Positions 56,301-64,000 of a stretch of 64,000 nucleotides of DNA are shown in pieces. The DNA lies in NCBI GenBank assembly GCA_021731625.1, contig JAKFXC010000062.1, positions 4,479 through 68,478 of the forward strand. The letters are read 5' to 3'. The position numbers and the translations under genes were made by a program. The notes beneath the pieces were generated by a model. The model made no database searches, was not told the origin of the DNA, and worked only from the letters and a program-made list of their open reading frames with translations. The DNA is from Candidatus Omnitrophota bacterium. Its GTDB lineage: Bacteria; Omnitrophota; Gorgyraeia; Zapsychrales; Fredricksoniimonadaceae. Positions within the stretch are counted from its first letter, which is position 1; every line of letters begins with the position of its first letter.

Positions 56301-57489
56301 AACGAATAATGACAATGATATCAACAATGCCTTACATATGTATGAAAAACTCATCCGTAAAGTTTTCGATATTATTTTTTGGGATCCGCGTGGGAACTTG
56401 ACCGCCAAGGGCCAGGCCTTTAGAGCTGCCTTAGTACGGCTTATGGAGGAAGAAATACCAAGGGTTCGTAAGGACATGGGCAATTTCTCATTGGTCACGC
56501 CCACCAGCGAGTGGGTGGTCAAGCAGTCGCTAAATAATGTTATAGGGTGGATTATTGCAGACCAAACGGTTTTGAACACCAGCAATCCGCAGCAGTGGCA
56601 GCTGTCCATCAAAGAAGATCTCCTCCGTAAAAACCGTAAGAGCCAATATCTGTACAGTGTTGGTTTGGCCGCTCATTTGCATGAAGATCTGCAAAATTAC
56701 CTGGTTGAGTGGACCCAGGACACGGAATTGCAGGATATGTATCCGGATATAAACACAGAGTTGCTGGCTTGGGCGTTTGATATCGAAGGCATTAATATTG
56801 AATTGGATGATCAAAATCGGTTGACTGATAGTCCGCTCGAAAAATTTCAAAATTTAAGAAAATTTTTTGAAAAAAGATTTGTGGATGTGCCTACCATCAA
56901 AGTTTTGCATAAAATGGAAAAATTACGGGAAGGCGGCGATGCGGACGCTCTAGAGAATCTGGAATCTCAAGAATTTTCTTGGGACCTGATCAATAGGATT
57001 TTAAAAAACGAAAAACCCATGAATATCATCAAAAGGCCGGAAGATTATGTCCAGAACTACCAACAGCTGCGGAATAAATATCCTCAGGTCAAGGGTTCAC
57101 CGGAAGATAAAATCTTGGCCAGAGTTTTTCCCAAGGAAGGTCAGTTTTCAAATTTAATTGAAACCAGGAGGATCTTAGAAGAGCAGATCGACCAAGCCCG
57201 CCAAAACTTGCCGGCAGATCATGAGAAGATTCGCAGTTTAGCTGCGGCTTATAAACGTGCCGGCGGTCGCAGCGGAGAGCGGCGTAGCGCAGCGAGTGCC
57301 GCCATGATCGGTGATGACAAAGACGGCGGCATCAATTTGAATCCGGATTTTTATGATCTGCAGATTAATCGCGAAGGTAAAAGAGCTATTGATTTTGCCA
57401 TGCAGGGACCTGCTTTAACTCCGCAGCAAGTCCAAGGCCTCACCCCTGTCATCCTCGGCGTCAAGATCTTGACGCATTTGGAAATTTAA
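53387..57489 (+). CDS. Giant-protein family paralog 3 (~1367 aa if the frameshift is repaired): signal peptide + shared N-domain + pyruvate-carboxylase-type carboxyltransferase TIM-barrel domain + shared C-terminal module; frameshifted in C5 tract 54784-54788
   Basis: ORFs 53387..54958 and 54802..57489. One extra C gives a continuous ...YGMENSSIPPDLEKLVGTEPAFGYYEGEHF. The internal region NGVDVFRIFDAMN...AIHYTKG...LVIKDAAGQLEPEEAYKLVKALRQAGITVPIQIHTHDTNGN...DVSTGELA aligns with the PC/OadA carboxyltransferase domain. Confidence 0.6.
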
Positions 57490-57514
57490 CCTGATTTGAT
57501 GCTATAATTCTAAA

Positions 57515-58063
57515 ATGGATTTCGAAGCGGTTTCCAAAATGGTCATGGATCAGTTTGGGAAACACCAGGTGCGGTGTGCCATTATCGGTGGTTTTGCCCT
57601 GCATGCGGCGGGGTTCCATCGGGCTACCGTCGATATTGATTTTCTTGTCCATGTTCAGGACATGCCGAAGGTTAAGGCCACTTTGGCAGCTTTAGGGTAC
57701 GACCTTAAGCATGAAAGCAAAGACGCCGCCAATTTTTGGGGTAAAATGGATACCTTGGGCAACATTGATTTCATCATTGCCCACCGCAAGTATGCTCTGG
57801 CCATGCTTGAGCGTTCTAAACCTTTTGAAATCGTCAAAGGCTGCACAGTCAATGTGATTGTCCCCGAGGATATCATTGGGTTAAAAGTCCAAGCGTTTAG
57901 CAATGATCCTGACCGCTACCGCCAAGATATAGCCGATATTTACTGGTTAATCAAGAATTACCGTGAACAATTGGATTTAAATTTACTCCGGGAATATTTC
58001 GGATTATTTAATTGTTCAGATAAGTTAGAGCAAATTTTAAAAGAGACGAACAATGCTCAGTGA
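57515..58063 (+). CDS. Minimal nucleotidyltransferase-fold protein (AbiEii/AbiGii toxin-like family)
   Basis: The IGGFALHAAGFHRATVDIDFLV motif is GG(x)...DxD of the NTase fold, as in AbiEii-type proteins. Confidence 0.55.
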   Translation: MDFEAVSKMVMDQFGKHQVRCAIIGGFALHAAGFHRATVDIDFLVHVQDMPKVKATLAALGYDLKHESKDAANFWGKMDTLGNIDFIIAHRKYALAMLERSKPFEIVKGCTVNVIVPEDIIGLKVQAFSNDPDRYRQDIADIYWLIKNYREQLDLNLLREYFGLFNCSDKLEQILKETNNAQ

Positions 58064-58247
58064 CGAAGAGAAAAGAGAGATGTTGGAAGACGCGCGCAGT
58101 CCATCGCGACGAAAAGAGTTTGCGCAGGCAAAGAAAAATCAACCGCTTTCCTGGGGGCAATATTTTGGTTTTCTAAAAGCAATAGGGAATCTTTTTCCGC
58201 AGAAAAAATCGCTTAAAAAAATCGAAGGCAATATGTTTAGACTCTAA
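58053..58247 (+). CDS. Small hypothetical protein overlapping the NTase gene 3' end by 11 nt
   Basis: ORF only; basic and charged; possible partner of the NTase. Confidence 0.25.
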   Translation: MLSDEEKREMLEDARSPSRRKEFAQAKKNQPLSWGQYFGFLKAIGNLFPQKKSLKKIEGNMFRL

Positions 58248-58519
58248 TGGATATGCGGACGCAAGGCTTTTTTGATTTGAGTCCTTGCCTCTTCGGATAG
58301 TTTTTGTTCTGTTGTTGATGAATTGCTATATGCCTGCACTATTTTTTGTAATCCCTTAATTTGTACCTCAAACCGCTGGCACAATCCACACACCAATGCA
58401 TGCAGCCGCATATCCATCCATTCTTTAAACGAAAGACGGCGGTCGAGGGACAGGGACATCAAACGCGTGGCCTCCTGGCAGGAGACCCCGGGAATTTTAT
58501 CTAGGAGTTTATCAATCAT
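58244..58519 (-). CDS. Anti-sigma factor, zf-HC2 (ChrR/RsrA-like) type
   Basis: The H-x3-C-x2-C motif (MRLHALVCGLCQRF) and an ATGA start/stop overlap with the upstream ECF sigma gene. The ORF track extends it to 58585. Confidence 0.6.
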   Translation of the reverse strand: MIDKLLDKIPGVSCQEATRLMSLSLDRRLSFKEWMDMRLHALVCGLCQRFEVQIKGLQKIVQAYSNSSTTEQKLSEEARTQIKKALRPHIH

Positions 58520-59031
58520 TGTTTGAACCAGTTCTGTTCCAGGCATTGCCGCAGCTGCAAGCGGGCCCGATAGAGCAGTACCCATAGATTAGTCGAAGAT
58601 ACCCCTAAAATCTTACAAATTTCCTCGCTTTGCATCGCTTCCAGTTTGCGCAGACGGAAGGCTTGCGCAGCTTTGTCCGGCAAACGCCCCATGCAGTCCT
58701 GGAACAGCTGCCAAAACTCCTTGTTTTCCAGCAAGGCGGCGGGGTTAAATTGCCAATTGCCGGGGGCTTTGGCCAAATGGCCATAATCGGCATTGTCAAA
58801 AAATTGCTCCACGTGCATGTCAGCTTCGACCAGTTGCGAGGCCGGCACTTCCCTATATGTAAGACGCAGATAATCTGCGATTTTATGTTTGAGGATGCCG
58901 ATCAACCAAGTTTGTTCGCTGGATTTACCTTGGAAATGGGCACGGTTCTGCAAAGCAGAAAGCAAGGTTTCCTGTACCAGGTTTTGGGCTTGGTCTGGCT
59001 GGGCGATCGATTTGAGGGCGTAGGCATACAA
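58516..59031 (-). CDS. ECF-subfamily RNA polymerase sigma-70 factor (TTG start)
   Basis: Region 2 (LVQETLLSALQNRAHFQGKSSEQTWLIGILKHKIADYLR) and region 4 HTH (SEEICKILGVSSTNLWVLLYRARLQLRQCL). Confidence 0.8.
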   Translation of the reverse strand: MYAYALKSIAQPDQAQNLVQETLLSALQNRAHFQGKSSEQTWLIGILKHKIADYLRLTYREVPASQLVEADMHVEQFFDNADYGHLAKAPGNWQFNPAALLENKEFWQLFQDCMGRLPDKAAQAFRLRKLEAMQSEEICKILGVSSTNLWVLLYRARLQLRQCLEQNWFKQ

Positions 59032-59199
59032 GCTCGCCGTATAAATCGACCCAATCCTCGGGATCTGAAGAAGATGCGGAAGACATCAGCCCTCATTCAA
59101 CCTGAGACGGACAAAAAAGGCAAGAATTTTGTAAGGATTTGCTGGTATAATCGACTAATACGCAAAGGCAAAGAAAATCAGGAAAGGCCGGTCCCATTG

Positions 59200-60738
59200 A
59201 TGAATGCCCCTGCAAACCATGATATTCTTAATTTCATAGGATTCTTTTTCGCCGGCTTGACAGTCAACCTTACCCCGTGCGTGTACCCCATGCTTGCGGT
59301 GACGGCGTCGCTATTTAAGCCAAAACCTGAATTGCGGGAAGACCTTCGGCATTCTTTTGCCAGGGCCCTGGCGTATTTTTTGGGCATTGTCTTTACCTAT
59401 TGCGCCCTGGGGTATTTTGCCGCTTCGACAGGTAAGTTATTCGGCAGCGCTCTGCAAAGCCAGTGGGTGCAGGGGGTTGTCGGCCTGTTCATGCTGGGTT
59501 TAGCCCTGTCTATGTTTGGCTTTTTCCACTTGCGTATTCCGGCTGGAATTCTAAGCCATCTGGGTAAATTCCGCAAAGCCGATTATCCGGGGCTGTTTGC
59601 CTCCGGGATGCTAGTCGGCGTTTTTGCGGCGCCGTGCATCGGCCCGCCGGTGCTGGCCCTGCTGGCGGCCGTGGCGGACAACGGCAATCCGCAATACGGG
59701 TTCACGGCGTTCTTGACATTTTCTTCCGGGTTGGGGTTGCCCTATTTGCTTTTGGGGACTTTTGAGAATTTGATTGTCAAATTGCCCAAAACTGGGACGT
59801 GGCTCATTTGGATGCAGCGTTTCTTTGGGGTGGTCTTGCTGGGTTTTTCTTTTTTCTATTTGTCGGTGGCGTTTGGCCCACATTCAATCAAGAAAAATAG
59901 GGACTCGATTTGGAAACCGTACAGCGTTGAAGCGGTGCAAGGGGCTTTGGCGGCGCATACGCCGGTCATCATCGACCTTTTTGCCGAATGGTGTTTGAGC
60001 TGTTATGAATTGGAAGACCAGGTGTTTGCCAAACCAGCGGTCAAGGCAGAGCTGGCCAAGGCCGTCACGTTGCGGGTGGACATGACGGACGTTAATACCC
60101 CGGAAAATCGGCAATTTGGCGAACAATATGAGATCATTGGCTTGCCGACGGTGATTTTTTTAGGGCCGGACGGCAAAGAGATTCGAGAGGCGCGGGTGGA
60201 GGGGGTCAGTTCTTTGAAGGATTTTTTGAAGTCGCTGGACATGCAGCAGAAAAGTTTTGGCGTAACCCCGGTAAAGGAGGGTCCGATGAGCGATGCCCAA
60301 TCCAACAGGGTCCGCATTTTTGATGCGGCGAGTCAAACATATAAGGTGGTGGACAAAGTCGTTAAATCCGACGAGGAGTGGAAGAAAATCTTGACCCCGG
60401 AGCAGTTGCGCGTGACCCGCGGCCACGGCACCGAGCGGGCTTTTTGCGCCCTGCCCACCAAGCACACCAAAGGCATTTACAAATGCGTGGGTTGCGGCAC
60501 CGATTTATTTTTGGTGGGTAATAAATTTGAGTCTGGCACCGGTTGGCCGAGCTTTTGGCAGCCGCTCGATGAGGCCAATGTGGGTACCCAAGTGGACAAG
60601 CAATTCGGCATGGTGCGCACGGAAGTGCATTGCGCACGGTGCAATGGGCATTTGGGGCATGTGTTTGATGACGGCCCACCGCCTACCGGAAAACGCTACT
60701 GCATCAATTCTGTGGCCTTGAAATTTGAGGAGGCATAA
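59200..60738 (+). CDS. Fusion protein: DsbD/CcdA-like transmembrane thiol-disulfide transporter + thioredoxin-like domain (WCLSC) + methionine-R-sulfoxide reductase MsrB
   Basis: CcdA-type TM region with LTPCVYPML and AAPCIGP cysteine motifs; Trx CXXC AEWCLSCYELED; MsrB RGHGTERAF...CVGCG...GWPSF...CARCNGHLGHVF. The ORF-track N-terminus (58630) overlaps the antisense sigma gene and is rejected. Confidence 0.75.
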   Translation: MNAPANHDILNFIGFFFAGLTVNLTPCVYPMLAVTASLFKPKPELREDLRHSFARALAYFLGIVFTYCALGYFAASTGKLFGSALQSQWVQGVVGLFMLGLALSMFGFFHLRIPAGILSHLGKFRKADYPGLFASGMLVGVFAAPCIGPPVLALLAAVADNGNPQYGFTAFLTFSSGLGLPYLLLGTFENLIVKLPKTGTWLIWMQRFFGVVLLGFSFFYLSVAFGPHSIKKNRDSIWKPYSVEAVQGALAAHTPVIIDLFAEWCLSCYELEDQVFAKPAVKAELAKAVTLRVDMTDVNTPENRQFGEQYEIIGLPTVIFLGPDGKEIREARVEGVSSLKDFLKSLDMQQKSFGVTPVKEGPMSDAQSNRVRIFDAASQTYKVVDKVVKSDEEWKKILTPEQLRVTRGHGTERAFCALPTKHTKGIYKCVGCGTDLFLVGNKFESGTGWPSFWQPLDEANVGTQVDKQFGMVRTEVHCARCNGHLGHVFDDGPPPTGKRYCINSVALKFEEA

Positions 60739-60800
60739 GGATAGCAGTTTGGCAGGAGAGCATTGCTGACTTTAACTACACATTTGCCGAGGATAAGACC

Positions 60801-61337
60801 ATGAGCGATGCCAATTATCAAAAAGCCACTTTTGCCGGGGGCTGCTTCTGGTGCATGCAGCCTTTTTTGGAAAAGCTTAAAGGGGTCAAAAAAGTCACGG
60901 TTGGCTATACCGGCGGCCAGACCGTCAATCCAACCTATGAGCAAGTGACCTCCGGCAACACCGGACATGCCGAAGCGGCAGAAGTTTTGTTTGACCCGCA
61001 GGAGATTTCCTACGCCAAATTGCTCGACGTGTTCTGGCGCAACATTGATCCCACCACCGAGAATCAGCAATTTGTGGACATCGGCACCCAGTACCGCAGT
61101 GCGGTGTATTATCACGATGCCCAGCAGAAGCGTCTGGCGGAAGAATCCAAGAAGCAGCTAGAGGCTTCAGGCAAGTTCGATAAGCCGATTGTCACTGAGA
61201 TTTCCGCCGCTTTGCCGTTTTATCCGGCCGAGAATTACCATCAGGACTATTACAAGAAAAGCCCGCTGCATTACAAAATGTACAGCACCGGCTCCGGCCG
61301 AGAGCAGTTCTTGCAGAAGGCATGGGGCAAGGACTGA
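60801..61337 (+). CDS. msrA: Peptide methionine-S-sulfoxide reductase
   Basis: Canonical GGCFWC active site, YHQDYY and the whole-length MsrA pattern. Confidence 0.9.
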   Translation: MSDANYQKATFAGGCFWCMQPFLEKLKGVKKVTVGYTGGQTVNPTYEQVTSGNTGHAEAAEVLFDPQEISYAKLLDVFWRNIDPTTENQQFVDIGTQYRSAVYYHDAQQKRLAEESKKQLEASGKFDKPIVTEISAALPFYPAENYHQDYYKKSPLHYKMYSTGSGREQFLQKAWGKD

Positions 61338-61348
61338 TGAGTGTCCCC

Positions 61349-61376
61349 TTGACATGTGGGTTGTTCATGATATAAT
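61349..61376 (+). promoter_or_regulatory. Consensus sigma-70-type promoter TTGACA-N16-TATAAT upstream of the MarR-fusion gene
   Basis: Exact hexamers with a 16-bp spacer, seen in the sequence. Confidence 0.5.
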
Positions 61377-61388
61377 TTATCAAGTTAA

Positions 61389-61407
61389 TAGTTAATCGAG
61401 TTAACTA
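61389..61407. promoter_or_regulatory. Palindrome TAGTTAA-tcgag-TTAACTA between the promoter and the start codon; candidate MarR operator
   Basis: 7-bp perfect inverted arms; the position is typical of MarR autoregulation. Confidence 0.4.
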
Positions 61408-61419
61408 GATAGAGGTCCC

Positions 61420-63129
61420 GTGGACATCCAGGATTTCAGCCGCCGCATGATCGAGCTCTTGCCCAAATGCATCCGCGGCTTTCAGGGCTACGAAAGCAAT
61501 TATCTCTCCCGAGGTCAGATCAGCTTGCCGCAGTTTTGGGCCTTGGAATACCTCTCCCGGCACGGCCACTGCCTGATGAGTGAATTGGCCGTTTTTTTGG
61601 GGATCTCCCGGCCGGCTGCCACCGGCCTCATCAACCGCCTGATCGCCCAAAAATTGGTGGACCGCCGCAGCGAACAGAAAGACCGCCGCACCGTGCGGGT
61701 CAGCATTTCCGCCAAGGGCAAAAAGATTGTTACCCACGTTTGGCAGCAAAAACGCCGCGGCATGGAAACCGTCTTTGCCAAAATTTCGGCTGCTGAGCGT
61801 AAACAGTATCTGGATATCTTAGAGAAGGTGGTCAATAATTTCAGCCCTAAAATACTGATCGGGGCGGTGGTGTTGGGGGCGGCTTTTGTGGGTGCGGATT
61901 GCGGCCAAGCACAGGAGGCCCCCCTAGCCAATTTGACCTTGCGGCAGGCTTACGAACTTGCACTCAAGCGCAGTGAAACCCTCGCCATACAAAAGCAGGT
62001 GATTGAAGAGGCGCATGGCCGGCTCAGCCAAACCATCAGCCGGTCTTTGCCGCAGGTGTCTTTTACCGACACGGAGAAATTTCAAGACCGCTTTTCCAGC
62101 TCATCCTCCTCAGAAAATAGTTCCCGGGTGTATGTGCCGACCCGGACGTTCACCTTTAGCCAACCTTTGTTTTCCGGTTTTCGAGAATTTGCCGCCATCG
62201 CTGCCAACAAAGCTGAGCGTAAACAGCGCGAACAGGAGTTGGAACGGGCTAAACAATTGCTGTTTACCGATGTTTCCGACGCCTTTTATTTGTCCATCGG
62301 CTATCAGCAGCAATTGGGCATTCTGCTCGAAGTCAATAAAGTCTTGCAGGGACGGTCCGACGAATTGAGCCAGCGGCTGTCCATTGGCCGGTCGCGCCCC
62401 AGCGAAGTGGCCAACACCGAATCCAAATTTTACCAAAACGAGGCGGACATTGAATCCTTGCGCGGCCAGCAGGATTCTTCTTTTGAACTGATGGAGTTCT
62501 TGGTCGGCCATAAAATTGAGTCCTTGGCAGAGACAAAGGTCCTGCCGGCGGGCCTTCCGACCCGGGAGGAATATTTGGCCAGGGTAGCCCAGAGGGCGGA
62601 TGTGCTGGCGGCAAAGCATGCCAGCGTGGCCGCAGAAAAAAACATCACGGTGCAAAGGGCAGGGTATTTTCCATCCGTCAATGTCACCGGCAATTCGTAC
62701 TTGAAGCGGGTGGGCCCGATAGGTGATTCGGATTGGGATGTGACCGTCAATATTTCGGTGCCCCTTTTTAATGCCAAAGAGACAGCCGGGGCCGTGACCA
62801 TTGCCAGGGCCCAGGCCGAGCAGGCTAAATTGCGCCTTAGCCAGGCCCAGCGTCAGGCCGATTTGGACATCAAAAATGCATACACTAATCTGTCGGCAGG
62901 CATGAAGCGGATGGAGGCATATCACAAAGCCGTTCAAGCCGCCGAGAAGAATTATGCGCTGCAGTCTGGTGATTACACCAAAAGTCTGGTCAACAACCTG
63001 GACGTGCTGCAGGCCTTGGAAGATCTGCAAAGCGTGCGCGGGGATTACATCTCGGTTAAAAATGAAACCCAACGGGCTTATTGGTCCCTCAAGGTAGCGG
63101 CAGGAGATATTTCCGATGACACTCTCTGA
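61420..63129 (+). CDS. MarR-family transcriptional regulator N-terminal domain fused in frame (no stop) to a TolC-like outer-membrane efflux protein
   Basis: Residues 1-145 form a MarR wHTH (MSELAVFLGISRPAATGLINRLIAQKLVDRRSEQKDRRTVRVSISAKGKKIV). A signal-peptide-like KILIGAVVLGAAFVGADCGQAQ segment follows, then OEP repeats (LTLRQAYELALKRSETL...), with no intervening stop codon. Confidence 0.6.
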   Translation: MDIQDFSRRMIELLPKCIRGFQGYESNYLSRGQISLPQFWALEYLSRHGHCLMSELAVFLGISRPAATGLINRLIAQKLVDRRSEQKDRRTVRVSISAKGKKIVTHVWQQKRRGMETVFAKISAAERKQYLDILEKVVNNFSPKILIGAVVLGAAFVGADCGQAQEAPLANLTLRQAYELALKRSETLAIQKQVIEEAHGRLSQTISRSLPQVSFTDTEKFQDRFSSSSSSENSSRVYVPTRTFTFSQPLFSGFREFAAIAANKAERKQREQELERAKQLLFTDVSDAFYLSIGYQQQLGILLEVNKVLQGRSDELSQRLSIGRSRPSEVANTESKFYQNEADIESLRGQQDSSFELMEFLVGHKIESLAETKVLPAGLPTREEYLARVAQRADVLAAKHASVAAEKNITVQRAGYFPSVNVTGNSYLKRVGPIGDSDWDVTVNISVPLFNAKETAGAVTIARAQAEQAKLRLSQAQRQADLDIKNAYTNLSAGMKRMEAYHKAVQAAEKNYALQSGDYTKSLVNNLDVLQALEDLQSVRGDYISVKNETQRAYWSLKVAAGDISDDTL

Positions 63130-64000
63130 TCTGTCGATTAACCGCCCGGTGTTTGCGTGGATGGTCATGGGGGCCTTGATCCTGTTTGGGGCCATGGGTT
63201 TTTCCCGCATGGGGGTCAGCCAATTGCCGGACGTGGAATTTCCGGTCATTTCCATCAGCGTCACCTGGTCGGGGGCGGCTCCGGAGGTCATGGAATCGGA
63301 AGTGGTGGATGTTATTGAACAGGCGGTGATGTCGGTTCAGGGGATCCGCGATGTTTCCTCGTCGGTGTCAAACGGGTCCGCTTCGATCACCATCGAGTTG
63401 CAGTTGGACCGCAAGATTGATTTTGCGGTCCAGGAAGTGCAAAGCAAAATCGCCCAGGCCCAGCGCCTGTTGCCCAAAGACATTGACCCGCCCATTGTCA
63501 CGAAGGCCAACCCCACCCAACAGCCCATCACTTGGCTGGCTTTGACCGGCGAGCGGCCGGCCCGTGAGCTCATGGCCTTCGTTCAAGACCATTTGAAAGA
63601 TAAATTTTCCACCGTGGCCGGCGTGGGGGACATTGCTTTGGGAGGGTTTGTGGCGCCGGCATTGCGGGTGTGGGTTGATGCGGACAAGCTGCTTGCCAAG
63701 GAATTGACCGTCGATGATGTGATCAATACCATCCAATCTGAACATTCGGAACTTCCAGCCGGGCGCATTGAAACCCAGCTGAAGGAACAAAATGTGCGGG
63801 CCATGGGAGAAGCCAAGACAGCCGAAGAATTCGGTAACATTGCCATTACCAAGCGCAACGGCCAGCCTGTGTACGCGCCCATTTACTTGAAAGACGTGGC
63901 CACCATTGAAGATGGCCTCGACGATGTGCGCCGTATTTCGCGCAGTGACGGCAAGTCCGCCGTCGGGTTGGGGATCCGCAAACAAGTCGGTTCCAATGAA
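63118..64000 (+). CDS. RND efflux transporter permease (AcrB/CzcA family), 3' partial; continues beyond the window
   Basis: The N-terminal LSDLSINRPVFAWMVMGALILFGAMGFSRMGVSQLPDVEFPVISISV is the universal RND start; the frame is open to the window edge. Confidence 0.8.

Noticed and set aside
59120-59160. TTGTAA ... TATAAT promoter-like hexamers upstream of the DsbD-MsrB gene
   Set aside because: The spacer is only ~11 bp, so this is not a credible sigma-70 promoter as spaced. An ECF-type promoter is more likely here, and I could not identify one with confidence.
58630-59199. N-terminal 190 codons of the 702-aa ORF 58630..60738
   Set aside because: This stretch is antisense to the well-supported ECF sigma gene (58516..59031, minus strand) and has no domain content. 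The DsbD-like protein begins sensibly at ATG 59200 (MNAPANHDILNF...).
62110-63291. 393-aa minus-strand ORF
   Set aside because: It is an antisense shadow of the MarR-TolC gene and the RND start, with low-complexity Gly/Pro-rich translation and no motifs. The same reasoning rejects the antisense ORFs 63368..63985, 31634..32308, 30542..31210, 29609..30469, 37901..38581 and 13545..13979.
1-64000. Searched for tRNA/rRNA genes, IS elements, integrases and phage genes
   Set aside because: Intergenic regions are short (mostly under 250 bp) and contain no cloverleaf-like or rRNA-like sequences. No transposase, integrase or phage structural ORFs were recognised.

Overview
This 64 kb window is densely coded and almost entirely on the + strand; the only minus-strand genes are an ECF sigma / anti-sigma pair. 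The gene content points to a Gram-negative bacterium (OMP beta-barrels, a TolC-like protein, an RND pump, a lipoprotein lipobox). I found no rRNA, tRNA, CRISPR array, transposase or integrase. The window falls into seven blocks, in order. (1) 1-11.8 kb is a metal-homeostasis block: a DsbA-like protein, a CusF-like periplasmic protein, a Fur-family regulator with an OMP barrel and a TroA/SitABCD-type metal ABC importer (SBP, ATPase, two permeases), a TerB-like protein, a chalcone-isomerase-like protein, two YbjQ paralogs, an M48 protease, an alpha/beta hydrolase and a CDF exporter. (2) 11.8-13.5 kb holds a GYD protein, a truncated receiver fragment, a second CusF-like protein, pterin-4a-carbinolamine dehydratase and a single-domain response regulator. 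(3) 13.5-22.7 kb is a trehalose-from-glycogen cluster (treZ, a GDE-type debrancher, a DoxX gene interrupted by TAG, glgX/treX, treY). (4) 22.8-27.9 kb is an envelope/osmotic-stress set of small proteins: DUF883 (ElaB/YqjD-like), a YqjE-like protein, entericidin, UPF0391, BON/OsmY-like proteins, plus an unusual AlkP-like/EEP fusion phosphoesterase. (5) 27.9-37.3 kb holds carbohydrate and aldehyde metabolism genes: a six-hairpin glycosidase, GT4, an acetolactate-synthase-like TPP enzyme, ALDH, GH15 and an OMP. (6) 37.9-43.9 kb is a signalling island: an OmpR-type RR with a heavy-metal-type HK, then RR, MASE1-PAS-HK, RR, RR. (7) 44-64 kb holds a lipoprotein, membrane proteins and a short MscS, followed by the most unusual feature of the window: three tandem paralogous giant signal-peptide proteins (~925, 1546 and ~1367 aa). 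They share a ~330-aa N-terminal domain and a ~50-aa C-terminal module but carry different central enzyme-like domains: an SNF2-like ATPase in paralog 2 and a pyruvate-carboxylase-type carboxyltransferase TIM barrel in paralog 3. Two of the three are frameshifted in homopolymer tracts. After them come an AbiEii-like nucleotidyltransferase, the ECF sigma/anti-sigma pair, a DsbD-Trx-MsrB fusion with MsrA, a MarR-TolC fusion and the 5' part of an RND pump. A TTCATG-type direct-repeat motif with 10-11 bp phasing recurs in promoter regions of the stress, trehalose, MscS and signalling genes, suggesting one regulon. All calls are from reading the sequence and the ORF track; no database searches were run.
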